Below are positions 39,585-48,816 of a stretch of 64,000 bases of DNA, one piece after another. Below the pieces are notes generated by a model. It was not told the origin of the DNA. It searched no databases and was given only the letters and a program-made list of their open reading frames with translations. How positions within the stretch are numbered: the stretch's first letter is position 1; every line of letters begins with the position of its first letter. Position numbers and translations under genes: made by a program. The stretch is from Candidatus Geothermarchaeota archaeon (GTDB lineage: Archaea > Thermoproteota > Nitrososphaeria > Geothermarchaeales > JDFR-13), in the NCBI GenBank assembly GCA_015523605.1, contig WAKC01000025.1, forward strand, positions 10,157-74,156, read 5' to 3'.

Positions 39585-40415
39585 ATGGTACTATCAAAAC
39601 TGCCAATACATAGATGTAACACCCTATCAACGATTGATGAATTAACAGATGCAGAGATAGTTTTATTGGGAATTCCATTATATGACGGAAGACCATATAA
39701 ATTCATATCACCCTCTAACCTCCTTAGAATACATACACACATAGTTGAAAGCAATTTATATGGTCATAAGGGATATACAGACTCTCTCAAGATATATGAC
39801 TTGGGAGACATAACCTCAGCCTCCTATAAACATCTAGAGATTGACCTCCAGACAATAATACATCAAATTAATAAAGAGTATGGAGAGAAGAGGTATATCT
39901 TCATTGGAGGAGACCATACCATAACATACTTCACAGTAAGAAACCTGGATTTAGATACTCTCGTTATATTGGATGCCCATTTAGATCTGAAAGAGAGTTA
40001 TCAACATAGGAAGTTTAATCATGCAACTATATTTAGAAGACTCTTGGAAGTGGATGAAAATCTAAAGCTCCTATATTATGGCGTGAGAGGATATGATGAG
40101 GAAGAGATGTTATTCGTAAAAGAGAAGGGAAATATTCATCTTCTTGAGAACATTGAGGATATAGAGCTCTATGATCTGGGAAAGACATATATATCTATTG
40201 ACTTAGATGTATACGACCCTAGTCTCATCAGACAGATCGAGTATCCAGAGCCACATGGAATAGCCTTGGAAGATGTAGCAAAGCTTCTTGAAACTATATC
40301 ATCCCATTCGCAGATAGCCTCTCTCGATATAGTTGAGTATCTACCCACCCAGATAGACAGGTCGGAAATAAATCTTATCCTTAGAACCTTGTATCAAGCT
40401 GCATCTCAAATGTAG
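39585..40415 (+). CDS. speB: ureohydrolase family protein, agmatinase-like
   Basis: Carries the Mn-ligand motifs GGDHTITY, DAHLDL and SIDLDVYDPS. Confidence 0.85.
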   Translation: MVLSKLPIHRCNTLSTIDELTDAEIVLLGIPLYDGRPYKFISPSNLLRIHTHIVESNLYGHKGYTDSLKIYDLGDITSASYKHLEIDLQTIIHQINKEYGEKRYIFIGGDHTITYFTVRNLDLDTLVILDAHLDLKESYQHRKFNHATIFRRLLEVDENLKLLYYGVRGYDEEEMLFVKEKGNIHLLENIEDIELYDLGKTYISIDLDVYDPSLIRQIEYPEPHGIALEDVAKLLETISSHSQIASLDIVEYLPTQIDRSEINLILRTLYQAASQM

Positions 40416-40461
40416 AAATGCATATAGCCTGAGAAAGCCTATATATTACGATTAGAAAGGT

Positions 40462-43146
40462 ATGACACTAGACCGATTTATTAAGCAAAGTAATAAGACA
40501 AAAAAGAAAGATGAATATAGAGAAGATTCTATAAATAAAAATAGAGTATCTAAACAGATAGAGGTTGAAACATCTTCAAATAATTCCTCAAATGAAGAAG
40601 GTAGAGATAGAGAAATACCAGATAATTTGGAGACAAGATTTGAAGACAATGTATACATGCTTGTATCCGCTAATTACAGCTCTTCAGATAACAAACCGTA
40701 TCTCCTCTTTTATGACGTTAAAAACCATCGAATAATAAAGTGGATGGACATAACCGACCACCATCCATATGCCTATTCAAAGGAACCTTTAGAAAAGCTT
40801 GAAAGGCTACCTCTCATCATAGAACGTATGAACAAACAACAGATATTGGGACTCCGAACCGAAGAAAAGATAGATCCTCTGTCTGATAGAAAGATTACAG
40901 TTACTAAGATAATAGTCAGAGATCCACTTATCATAGGTGGTAGAGCGGACTCTTTAAGGGAGCAGATTAAACTGTGGGAGGCCGATATCAAGTATTATGT
41001 AAATTATATAATGGATTTAGGTTTAGAAGTCGGGTCATACTACTTCTTCGACGCAGACGGGATACCCCGTCGATACATAATCCAGCCATCTAAAGAGATT
41101 AGAGAGGCGATGGAGAAACTCAATGAAGAGGAGAGGAAGTGGCTTGAGAGACTCGCAGAACCAGTAGTAGATTTTAAAAGGATAGCCTTAGACATAGAAG
41201 TATATAATCCAAGAGGTGTAATGCCACAACCAGAAAACCCTGAACACCCCATATTCATTGTCTCACTATGCGGATCAGACGGGGTAAAAAGAGTCCTTGT
41301 ATATGATCTAAGGGGGGATATGCCTAAGGAGGGTATCAAGAGCGATAAATTCGAGGTTGAGGTTTTTGAAAATGAGATAGAATTGATAAAGAGAACATTA
41401 GATATAATACGTGAATACCCGATTCTAATTACCTTCAACGGAGATACATTCGATTTGCCATATATCCTAGCTAGATCCTTGAAACTCGGATTTAAGGAGA
41501 TTAGAGATTATATTGAAAGAGGGAGGAATGAGATACGGATAACATGGGGAATACACATTGACCTATACAAGTTCTTTAAGAACGTGTCGATAAAGACATA
41601 TGCCTTCTCAGGAGCATACGATATTATCAGTTTAGACTCGATAGCAAGGGCCTTGCTAAATAGGGGTAAGATGGAGACGCCTGGACATTTCGACGATATG
41701 TCTATGGAAGAGATAATCGAATATGGCTTTACAGACGCTGAGTTAACACTCGAACTTACACAATTCAATGACAACCTAGTAATGAGATTAATCACTATTA
41801 TAGCACGGATATCCAATATGACTCTGGATGATGTTACAAGACTATCTGTTTCAAACTGGATTAGAAATAGAATGTTCTACCTACATAGAAGCAAAAAATA
41901 TCTAATACCGAGGTCAGATGAGATAAGGGAAAAGAAATGGGGTAGACATTTCCAGCCAGTAACTAAAGGAAAGAAGTACGTCGGAGCATTGGTTATAGAT
42001 CCTAAACCAGGGGTTCACTTCAATGTAGTTGTTGTTGACTTTGCAAGCCTATATCCCTCCATCCTAAAGGAGTATAACATCTCCTATGAGACTGTTAACT
42101 GTCCCCATGAGGAGTGTAGAAACAATCTGGTCCCAGAGACTACCACCTGGATCTGCACAAGGAAGAGAGGTTTGATAAGTGAATTTGCAGGTATAATTAG
42201 AGATATAAGGGTGAATGTATTCAAGAAGCTAAGTAAAGATAAAACTATATCGAAAGATAGGAGGGAATTCTATGGAGTAATCCAAAGAGCTTTGAAAGTC
42301 ATTATAAACGCTCTCTATGGCGTTATTGGTGCAGACACCTTCCAATTCTATTATCTACCAGCTGCTGAGGCGGTAACAGCATATGGTAGATACGTAATTA
42401 AAAAGGCTATTGAAAAGGCTGAAGAGCTTGGCCTAGAGGTCATCTACGGAGATACGGACAGTCTGTTCATAAAGAATCCTGATATGGATAAGTTGGAGTT
42501 ACTAATTGAGAGCATAAGGAAAGAGTATAGACTACAGTTAGAGGTGGACAAGATATATAAATATGCTGTATTAAGCAGTCGAAAGAAGAACTACTTCGGT
42601 CTAACATCTGAAGGTATAATCGATATAAAGGGTTTAATGGGTAAGAAAAGCAATACACCACCCTTCATTAGAGAAGTCTTTTACAGAATTTTGGATAAAT
42701 TGAGGACTGTAGAGAATATTGAACAGTTTAAAATGGTTAGGAAAGACATTATAGAAATAATTAGAGATGCAGAGACTAAACTCATAAATAAAGAGGTTCC
42801 ACTAGAAGAGTTAGTAATTACGGTCACCCTATCAAAATACACCGACCAATATACAAAGACAACCCCTCAACACGTGAAAGCAGCTAGAAAACTTGAGAGA
42901 GCATTTGGGATTAAGCTACAACCGGGGCACATGATAAGAATAGTTAAAACCAGAAACAATGACGGAGTTGCTCCAATAGAGCTTGTAAAATCTATAGACC
43001 AGATAGATAGCAAAAAATATATCGAGCTGTTACACTCAACTCTGGAGCAGATCTTAGAAGTTCTAGATATTAAGGTTAATAAGGGGAAAAAGGTTGTAAT
43101 GGTAGACGAGCGTAAAGTGAGTCTAGATAAGTTCTTCAAATTCTAA
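40462..43146 (+). CDS. polB: family-B DNA polymerase (crenarchaeal PolB1/Dpo1-like), no intein
   Basis: Contains Exo I IALDIEV, Pol A VVDFASLYPSI, Pol B KVIINALYGVIG and Pol C YGDTDSLF. A low-complexity N-terminal extension of about 60 aa is present. Confidence 0.95.
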   Translation: MTLDRFIKQSNKTKKKDEYREDSINKNRVSKQIEVETSSNNSSNEEGRDREIPDNLETRFEDNVYMLVSANYSSSDNKPYLLFYDVKNHRIIKWMDITDHHPYAYSKEPLEKLERLPLIIERMNKQQILGLRTEEKIDPLSDRKITVTKIIVRDPLIIGGRADSLREQIKLWEADIKYYVNYIMDLGLEVGSYYFFDADGIPRRYIIQPSKEIREAMEKLNEEERKWLERLAEPVVDFKRIALDIEVYNPRGVMPQPENPEHPIFIVSLCGSDGVKRVLVYDLRGDMPKEGIKSDKFEVEVFENEIELIKRTLDIIREYPILITFNGDTFDLPYILARSLKLGFKEIRDYIERGRNEIRITWGIHIDLYKFFKNVSIKTYAFSGAYDIISLDSIARALLNRGKMETPGHFDDMSMEEIIEYGFTDAELTLELTQFNDNLVMRLITIIARISNMTLDDVTRLSVSNWIRNRMFYLHRSKKYLIPRSDEIREKKWGRHFQPVTKGKKYVGALVIDPKPGVHFNVVVVDFASLYPSILKEYNISYETVNCPHEECRNNLVPETTTWICTRKRGLISEFAGIIRDIRVNVFKKLSKDKTISKDRREFYGVIQRALKVIINALYGVIGADTFQFYYLPAAEAVTAYGRYVIKKAIEKAEELGLEVIYGDTDSLFIKNPDMDKLELLIESIRKEYRLQLEVDKIYKYAVLSSRKKNYFGLTSEGIIDIKGLMGKKSNTPPFIREVFYRILDKLRTVENIEQFKMVRKDIIEIIRDAETKLINKEVPLEELVITVTLSKYTDQYTKTTPQHVKAARKLERAFGIKLQPGHMIRIVKTRNNDGVAPIELVKSIDQIDSKKYIELLHSTLEQILEVLDIKVNKGKKVVMVDERKVSLDKFFKF

Positions 43147-43147
43147 G

Positions 43148-44554
43148 CTATACGAAGCTGGCTCTCTTCGACAGGAATTTATCAATGTATAGACGTTCTT
43201 TCGGATATCCAGCCAATTCCTTCTCAAGAAGTCCAATAAATTCCTCGATAGTGAGAACTAGGTTTTCCCCATCTCTAGTCCTCACACTCAATTTCTCCTC
43301 AGCTACCTCTTTATCCCCAATAACCACTATATATGGTATCCAGAAGGATTCGGCGTCCTTGATCTTCCTACCAACCGTGGCATCCCTGTCATCTATATCG
43401 ACCCGTATCATCTTCGACTCCAAGTTCTCAAGAACTTTTATAGCATAATCTAGGTTCCTCTCAAGGTTTACCGGTATTATTCTGACCTGAATGGGGGATA
43501 GCCAAGTTGGGAGTCTAGGTTTTATACCTCTACGCTCCATCTTAGCGGCTTCCTCTAAAAACTCGAATAGAAAACGCTCTAGACTTCCATGTATAGCCGT
43601 ATGGAGAATGACCGGATGCTTCTTAGAACCGTCTTCATCCACATATGTAATGTTAAATCGCTCTCCATTACCCACATCTATCTGGACAGTCGCGGTTTCA
43701 ACCGGCCGACCCGTAGAGTCAATATAGTGAAATTCTACATTCAACACCCAATAATATTTTCCGCTCTCAACAGTATGTATGAGAACCGGCTTCCCTTCCA
43801 ATTCAACTAGAGACTTTATAAATTCAAAATTATTTTTTAGAAACTCGGGATCTATGTTATACAGACTATAGTATTCCCATCCAAACTTTCGTCCCTCATC
43901 AAGAATCAACTTATACAACCTGTAGAACTCCTCCTTCGCCATTTCTATGTCTTTCGTGAGTACATGCATATCAGGCATGAAAAATCTTCTAACCCTAGTA
44001 AGCCCAGTCAATTCACCCCTCTGCTCATATCTATAGCTATCAGCCAACTCAAACACTCTTAAAGGCAAGTCCTTATAAGAAATATATTTTCTACTAAGCA
44101 TCGCAAATTGACCGAAACAAGCGGCATATCTCAATACAAATTCACGTTTCCCCGGCTTGACTTTATACATCCTCTGGCCAAAGAGAGAAGCATGTTTCTT
44201 GATTGGAGGACTACCTAAGTCATACATGATAGACGTTACAACTGGATAAGCACCGAGATTAAGGACAACATTAGTGGAATACCTCTTTAACAAGTCGATC
44301 ATCAAAGCCCCATTAGGAAGGTAGGATAGATGACCAGCATCACTAAGAGGCTCGTTATCGGCAATCCTCAGCTTCGTTAAATATCTGATATGTGGCGACT
44401 CCTCCCTTGCAACTGACTTGGAGAATACCTCTCTATCTAGAAGCCTCTGGAAATTATCATCTCCACCATCAAACTCGTCTGCAAAATAGAGTTTCCCATC
44501 GAAATCCAGGACGTAAAATTCGTTTTCAAAGACATCGGAAAGGCTGATAGACAT
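43148..44554 (-). CDS. thrS: threonyl-tRNA synthetase, catalytic form lacking the N-terminal editing domain (ThrRS-cat type)
   Basis: Class II core (SYRYEQRGELTGLTRVRRFFMPDMH) plus a C-terminal anticodon-binding domain (IQVRIIPV ... IPYIVVIGDKE). It is about 468 aa, versus roughly 620 aa for full-length archaeal ThrRS. ATG 44554 is preceded by GGAGGTG. Confidence 0.88.
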   Translation of the reverse strand: MSISLSDVFENEFYVLDFDGKLYFADEFDGGDDNFQRLLDREVFSKSVAREESPHIRYLTKLRIADNEPLSDAGHLSYLPNGALMIDLLKRYSTNVVLNLGAYPVVTSIMYDLGSPPIKKHASLFGQRMYKVKPGKREFVLRYAACFGQFAMLSRKYISYKDLPLRVFELADSYRYEQRGELTGLTRVRRFFMPDMHVLTKDIEMAKEEFYRLYKLILDEGRKFGWEYYSLYNIDPEFLKNNFEFIKSLVELEGKPVLIHTVESGKYYWVLNVEFHYIDSTGRPVETATVQIDVGNGERFNITYVDEDGSKKHPVILHTAIHGSLERFLFEFLEEAAKMERRGIKPRLPTWLSPIQVRIIPVNLERNLDYAIKVLENLESKMIRVDIDDRDATVGRKIKDAESFWIPYIVVIGDKEVAEEKLSVRTRDGENLVLTIEEFIGLLEKELAGYPKERLYIDKFLSKRASFV

Positions 44555-44751
44555 CAGCCCCACCTCCACCTCTCTAACTTCCTCTCCCTCTTAGTAGCCT
44601 TCTTATACTCCTTCCAATGCTTTTTACAGAGCTTGACCCTCCTCTTACCAGTCAATTGACCGCCAAAGACCTTAGATGCATCTTCGAAAGAGAGGGATTT
44701 GTAGCCCGGCTCCCCACAATCTTTTATACTACATACTTCTTTGCTAGACAA
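44554..44751 (-). CDS. 65-aa basic protein with CX4C...CX2H putative zinc site
   Basis: The sequence is MSSKEVCSIKDCGEPG...VKLCKKHWKEYKKATKRERKLERWRWG. Its stop overlaps the thrS ATG in the arrangement TGATG. Confidence 0.55.
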   Translation of the reverse strand: MSSKEVCSIKDCGEPGYKSLSFEDASKVFGGQLTGKRRVKLCKKHWKEYKKATKRERKLERWRWG

Positions 44752-44872
44752 GAATGTCCACCTAAATCATATTTTAGTACCTCTCTTGAAATAAAGGTTA
44801 TGAAGGTTCTCTTCAAGCCTAAAGAGTGACAAGCTCTAAACATTCATAATCATTCGGATAGGATATTTTAAA

Positions 44873-45472
44873 ATGAGAAGGATGTTAAACAAGCTGAGGA
44901 AGAAAATATCGAAATATAATGAATTTTCAGCTCAAAAGATTGAAAAAACTGGTTTGTCTCCCTCCACTATTACCTTACTTGGGTTCATAACTACTATATC
45001 CTCTATAATACCCCTCATATATTTTCCTGAGCCCTTGAAATATCTCCTATTTATAGCGGTAATCCTGCTGGCCGGATACATGGATATGTTAGATGGAGCG
45101 CTAGCAAGATATACAGGACAAGTATCTAAAAAAGGTGCATTTACAGATTCTACTCTAGATAGGATAACCGATACCGTTATAGTTATTTATCTCTATATAG
45201 GAGGGATAACGTATAACACGCTTCTATTGATACTTCTTGTATCTACATCTATCCTAATATCTTATGTAAGAGCCAGGGCCGAGGCTCTAGGCCTTAATAT
45301 GCAAGGGATAGGCTTAATGGAGAGAGCAGAGAGGATATTGTTCATCCTATCTGCAATATTGGTTGGAAAAATTCTTAACCTCATAGATATAGACATCCTA
45401 CTTTGGGTACTTGTAATCCTAAACATAATAACAATAGTACAGAGAATATCATATACACTTAAGAACATGTAA
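44873..45472 (+). CDS. CDP-alcohol phosphatidyltransferase family protein (archaeal lipid head-group synthase)
   Basis: The signature D-G-x2-A-R-x8-G-x3-D-x3-D is present as DMLDGALARYTGQVSKKGAFTDSTLDRITD, and the protein has 5-6 TMs. Confidence 0.88.
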   Translation: MRRMLNKLRKKISKYNEFSAQKIEKTGLSPSTITLLGFITTISSIIPLIYFPEPLKYLLFIAVILLAGYMDMLDGALARYTGQVSKKGAFTDSTLDRITDTVIVIYLYIGGITYNTLLLILLVSTSILISYVRARAEALGLNMQGIGLMERAERILFILSAILVGKILNLIDIDILLWVLVILNIITIVQRISYTLKNM

Positions 45473-46874
45473 ATTGGAAAATTCTTTTAGTCTCACCTAA
45501 AGCCCTGAAACTAAGTTTATCTACTTTTATGACCACAGGCATATCTGAAACGACATTACCCAGTATCAAACACGACCCCCGATTTATATCCTTAACTATC
45601 GACTTCACAGTATCCGTATCAACAGCTGAGATCCGCGAAAGCACCTCAAGATCCTTATCATTAAGGAATCTGAAGATGAAAATATTATCAAGTTGCCGGA
45701 AAATCATATGCCCAAGAGAATCTGGTTGGTTAGTTATAAATATCATAAACAATCCGAAATGCCTCATCCTCGTAACTACATCCTCCCAATAGGTATCCCT
45801 GACATATAGATGTGCCTCTTCTGCGAATAAGAAGAATGGTGGGATCACATTCTTCTCAAGTAGTTTAGAGAGTTTACTTAAAAGGATCTCCACTAAGATC
45901 TTCTTCTCTACCGATGATAAATCCCTAAGATTTATTATATAGCCCTTCACTCCATCCCTGAACATATTATTTAGGTCTAATGTAGTGCTCTCCCCGATAA
46001 AACGACATGACTTTAGTGCATTCAACCTATGTATGATAGCATCTTTCACCATCAAGTTTTTGATGTATAGATTAGTGATTCTATCAAGTAGATCCAAAGT
46101 TATTTTTTCGTTTCTATTCCTGGCTATGTCCCATACCTCTCCAAATAGATTTACAGATACACTAGGGAGACCTAATATATTGGTAAACACGTTGATTAAA
46201 GTCTCCTTACCAAGATATTCGATGTCGAATATGAAGTTTTTACCTGGTTCTAGAACAATGATGCCGTCCTCTTCAGAAAGGCCTAGATACTCACTATTTA
46301 TATCCAGTATTATAAATCTCGCTCCAAGCTTCGAAAAATGATATGCAAGAAGCTTTGCAAGATGAGATTTTCCACTCCCCTTCATTCCTGTGATCAGAGT
46401 TAGTGAACCGTCGAGATGGAAAGCATCCACAATAAACTCATTCCCAGACATATCCCTTCCCAGTCTAACGGGATACATAACCTCGCCTCGGACCATATTC
46501 AAAAGTTGGTTTGGGGAGATCCTATAAATTTCAGAGGAAAGTCTAGATGGGAGATCATCAATGAAATTTATAAGTTTACCATTTTTAACTGCACCACGGA
46601 TTTTACATTTTAATATTTTGATATCATTGATCAGTGATGTTACCCTATCATACTTGCCTCCTCCATCTATGTAGATACTATCTCTAAACAACCCCTCTCT
46701 TATCACATCCTCCAGTAGGCCAGGTACTTCGATATATTCGAAATCAATAACCTGCACAATAAGACCTAGCTCCTTTGATTCGTCCATAATCATTAGATAG
46801 TCTCCTTTATGCACTGTTTCGCCAGGATATGCTACAACCTCTATAAGCTCTCCATCCTTTCTAAAAAGTTTCAT
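45459..46874 (-). CDS. HerA/FtsK-superfamily ATPase (DUF87-type, HerA paralogue)
   Basis: Shows an N-terminal HAS-barrel-like region (GELIEVVAYPGETVHKGDYLMIMD...GLIVQVIDFE), Walker A ITGMKGSGKSHL and Walker B FFLFAEEAHLY. ATG 46874 is preceded by GGAGGG, and the tracked GTG start is at 46883. Confidence 0.8.
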   Translation of the reverse strand: MKLFRKDGELIEVVAYPGETVHKGDYLMIMDESKELGLIVQVIDFEYIEVPGLLEDVIREGLFRDSIYIDGGGKYDRVTSLINDIKILKCKIRGAVKNGKLINFIDDLPSRLSSEIYRISPNQLLNMVRGEVMYPVRLGRDMSGNEFIVDAFHLDGSLTLITGMKGSGKSHLAKLLAYHFSKLGARFIILDINSEYLGLSEEDGIIVLEPGKNFIFDIEYLGKETLINVFTNILGLPSVSVNLFGEVWDIARNRNEKITLDLLDRITNLYIKNLMVKDAIIHRLNALKSCRFIGESTTLDLNNMFRDGVKGYIINLRDLSSVEKKILVEILLSKLSKLLEKNVIPPFFLFAEEAHLYVRDTYWEDVVTRMRHFGLFMIFITNQPDSLGHMIFRQLDNIFIFRFLNDKDLEVLSRISAVDTDTVKSIVKDINRGSCLILGNVVSDMPVVIKVDKLSFRALGETKRIFQFTCS

Positions 46875-47865
46875 GCATACCACCCTCCAGAGGACCTATA
46901 ACTGCTGATCTATGAGTAATCGAGGATTTAATAGAGCCACCCATCTCCATAATTACTCTATAGAGACCCAAAACATCCCTATACTTCAATTTAGATACTG
47001 TGTGGGCCTCAATCAATACACTAGGATAACCGAATCCATTCGATGGAAGGGAATAAATAACATTGAGATATGATGAAGGAGTATTACTCGAAATATCTAC
47101 TCTAAACGGCATGCCACTCTTAACGTTAAAATACCCTACAAAAGTCGAAGAAATATGATTCAACCTATCAACCTTAACAAAACCATCAACCCCAAACTTC
47201 TTTAGATAAATCATGGTCTCAAAATACTTCTTTATTAATCTACTCCTCTTAGACACCCCCACAATTCCTACTGAATTCTGGTGCAACGCGCCTAAAAGTT
47301 CATTATAAAGATGCCTTCTTAATATGGGCGATTCTATCGCGCCATCAATGAGGAGGATATCATACCCTCCATAATTTACCAATTCATTTAAAATGTTGAA
47401 CTCATAAATCGTCACAAGAATCTTTTTAGCTATATATGTATCATAGATAGATGAGAATAGACTGTTCAAACCTAGTCTTACATATCTATGTAGATATTTT
47501 ACGACCTCCGGAGTGTAATAGACGAGTGTTGGCCCATACACCTTAATAGAGTAACTATCGTCTCCAGCATCGAATACTACAGCTGCACCCCTGACAGCGT
47601 AGAGGATTCCTTTTACCGATTCGGCTATAGGAATAATAGAGGTATCTATCCCTACCACCTTAATATTATTTACATCGACCTTCTCAAGTTTCATAACGTC
47701 TAAATCGATCTCAACATCAATAGAATTCACATCGAAGAGTGGGAAATACGACATCAACCTCCTGGGCAACCGCGTAATAAACTCGCTCTTTCTCACATAA
47801 TCTAAGGAGAGCTCTGCAACCTCGTCAAACGTTGGAAGGCGTTCTTTAGTTTTTTGAAATTTCAT
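46861..47865 (-). CDS. NurA-domain nuclease-like protein
   Basis: Motifs occur in NurA order: VVGIDTS, YEFNILNE, ILLIDGAI, VGVSKRS and GYPSVLIEAH. Its 3' end overlaps the HerA-like start by 14 nt. Confidence 0.7.
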   Translation of the reverse strand: MKFQKTKERLPTFDEVAELSLDYVRKSEFITRLPRRLMSYFPLFDVNSIDVEIDLDVMKLEKVDVNNIKVVGIDTSIIPIAESVKGILYAVRGAAVVFDAGDDSYSIKVYGPTLVYYTPEVVKYLHRYVRLGLNSLFSSIYDTYIAKKILVTIYEFNILNELVNYGGYDILLIDGAIESPILRRHLYNELLGALHQNSVGIVGVSKRSRLIKKYFETMIYLKKFGVDGFVKVDRLNHISSTFVGYFNVKSGMPFRVDISSNTPSSYLNVIYSLPSNGFGYPSVLIEAHTVSKLKYRDVLGLYRVIMEMGGSIKSSITHRSAVIGPLEGGMHETF

Positions 47866-47895
47866 AACTCTTCATGAATATTATTGAACAATACT

Positions 47896-47908
47896 GATAT
47901 TTAAATAT
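47896..47908. promoter_or_regulatory. palindromic TATA-like element (atatttaaatat) shared by divergent genes
   Basis: A perfect 12-bp palindrome lies in the 68-bp spacer. It is about 31 nt from the NurA-like ATG (47865) and about 27 nt from the plus-strand ATG (47934). Coordinates may be off by 1 nt. Confidence 0.45.
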
Positions 47909-47933
47909 TTCTTTTGACAAATTTTATGTTAGG

Positions 47934-48323
47934 ATGAGTGGTGAAGATAATATTAAAGTGAGGATGAGGGTTGGGGATATGGAACTAGAGATTGAGGGGC
48001 CACCTGAGAAGATTTCCCATGTTATTTCCCAGATAATGGGTAATGTGGGAGTTTCTACAGAGAAGAAGGAAGTGGATAAAATTCCGGGAAAGTCTTGTAA
48101 AGAGATTATAGAGGACTTATGGAGAGAGGGTTGGTTTTCACAGGAGAGAAGATTAGCAGATGTATATAGGGAATTGACTGTGAGAGGATATAATTTTGAC
48201 AAGAGCGCCATATCACATGCATTATCAGCTCTAACTAAAGAGGGTATATTAAGGAGGGTTGGTAGGGAAAGGAAGTACAGGTATATCCAAAAATATCCAT
48301 ATAAGCAGGTGGTTCGAGATTAA
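47934..48323 (+). CDS. two-module protein: N-terminal short beta-beta-alpha module plus C-terminal winged helix (paralogue 1 of 3)
   Basis: The N-terminus is IKVRMRVGDMELEIEGPPEKISHVISQI. The C-terminus GWFSQERRLADVYRELTVRGYNFDKSAISHALSALTKEGILRRVGRERKYRYI follows an H2-turn-H3-wing pattern. Confidence 0.65.
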   Translation: MSGEDNIKVRMRVGDMELEIEGPPEKISHVISQIMGNVGVSTEKKEVDKIPGKSCKEIIEDLWREGWFSQERRLADVYRELTVRGYNFDKSAISHALSALTKEGILRRVGRERKYRYIQKYPYKQVVRD

Positions 48324-48330
48324 AAACGGG

Positions 48331-48816
48331 CTAACTCAATTTATTCATGACATATAGTAGACCTCTAACTGTAATCCTGTATTTCGTATGTTTATTTTCA
48401 CGCATTTTTTCAATGTATCCCTGACTTCTTAATTCACTCAGTCTGGAGGACACTGACTTTTGAGAGGAAGAAAGTATTTTTGAGAGTTCATCTAGGGTTG
48501 ATGCGTCACTCTCTCTATGTCCAGCATCGTATAATATCTTCATCAGCGACAGAGTAACTAATATTTTAAGATGCATCGATAGGGAAGAGGCCTTCTCCAT
48601 TAAGTAAATACTTCCATCGTTTGTGGTTTTTATATATTCAGATATAACCTCCGAAAGTTCTAGGTAATCTGGATCTTGGAAGAGTTTCACTGCTACATCA
48701 AAGCCTGGGATGTTACGGTTTAACCATTCAAAGACCTTTTTCGAGACTTCTTTTGGGCTACCTCTAAACTCAACCTCAAGACCCTCATATTTAATACGTA
48801 CTTCTAAGTCCTTCAA
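48331..48816 (-). CDS. two-module protein, paralogue 3 (divergent) of the same family; MarR-like wHTH at the C-terminus
   Basis: The N-terminus is LEVRIKYEGLEVEFRGSPKEVSKKVFEWL and the C-terminus is STLDELSKILSSSQKSVSSRLSELRSQGYIEKMRENKHTKYRIT. The TTG start immediately follows the TAG of the upstream paralogue. Confidence 0.6.
   Translation of the reverse strand: MKDLEVRIKYEGLEVEFRGSPKEVSKKVFEWLNRNIPGFDVAVKLFQDPDYLELSEVISEYIKTTNDGSIYLMEKASSLSMHLKILVTLSLMKILYDAGHRESDASTLDELSKILSSSQKSVSSRLSELRSQGYIEKMRENKHTKYRITVRGLLYVMNKLS

Noticed and set aside
40462-43146. A check for inteins or mobile insertions in polB, and in atpA and top6A.
   Set aside because: The motif spacing is contiguous. Lengths are those of intein-free enzymes, and there are no Cys/Ser...HN splice junction blocks.
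47990-48003. An apparent 1-nt discrepancy. Hand-counting the printed bases, I read gaggggCCCacct, which would break ORF 47934..48323, and I placed its ATG at 47933.
   Set aside because: Both the plus ORF (..EIEGPPEK..) and the antisense tracked ORF read through this point, which requires gaggggCCAcct. I attribute the discrepancy to my own counting error rather than a real frameshift. Coordinates I derived by hand in 47866..48000 may therefore be off by 1 nt.
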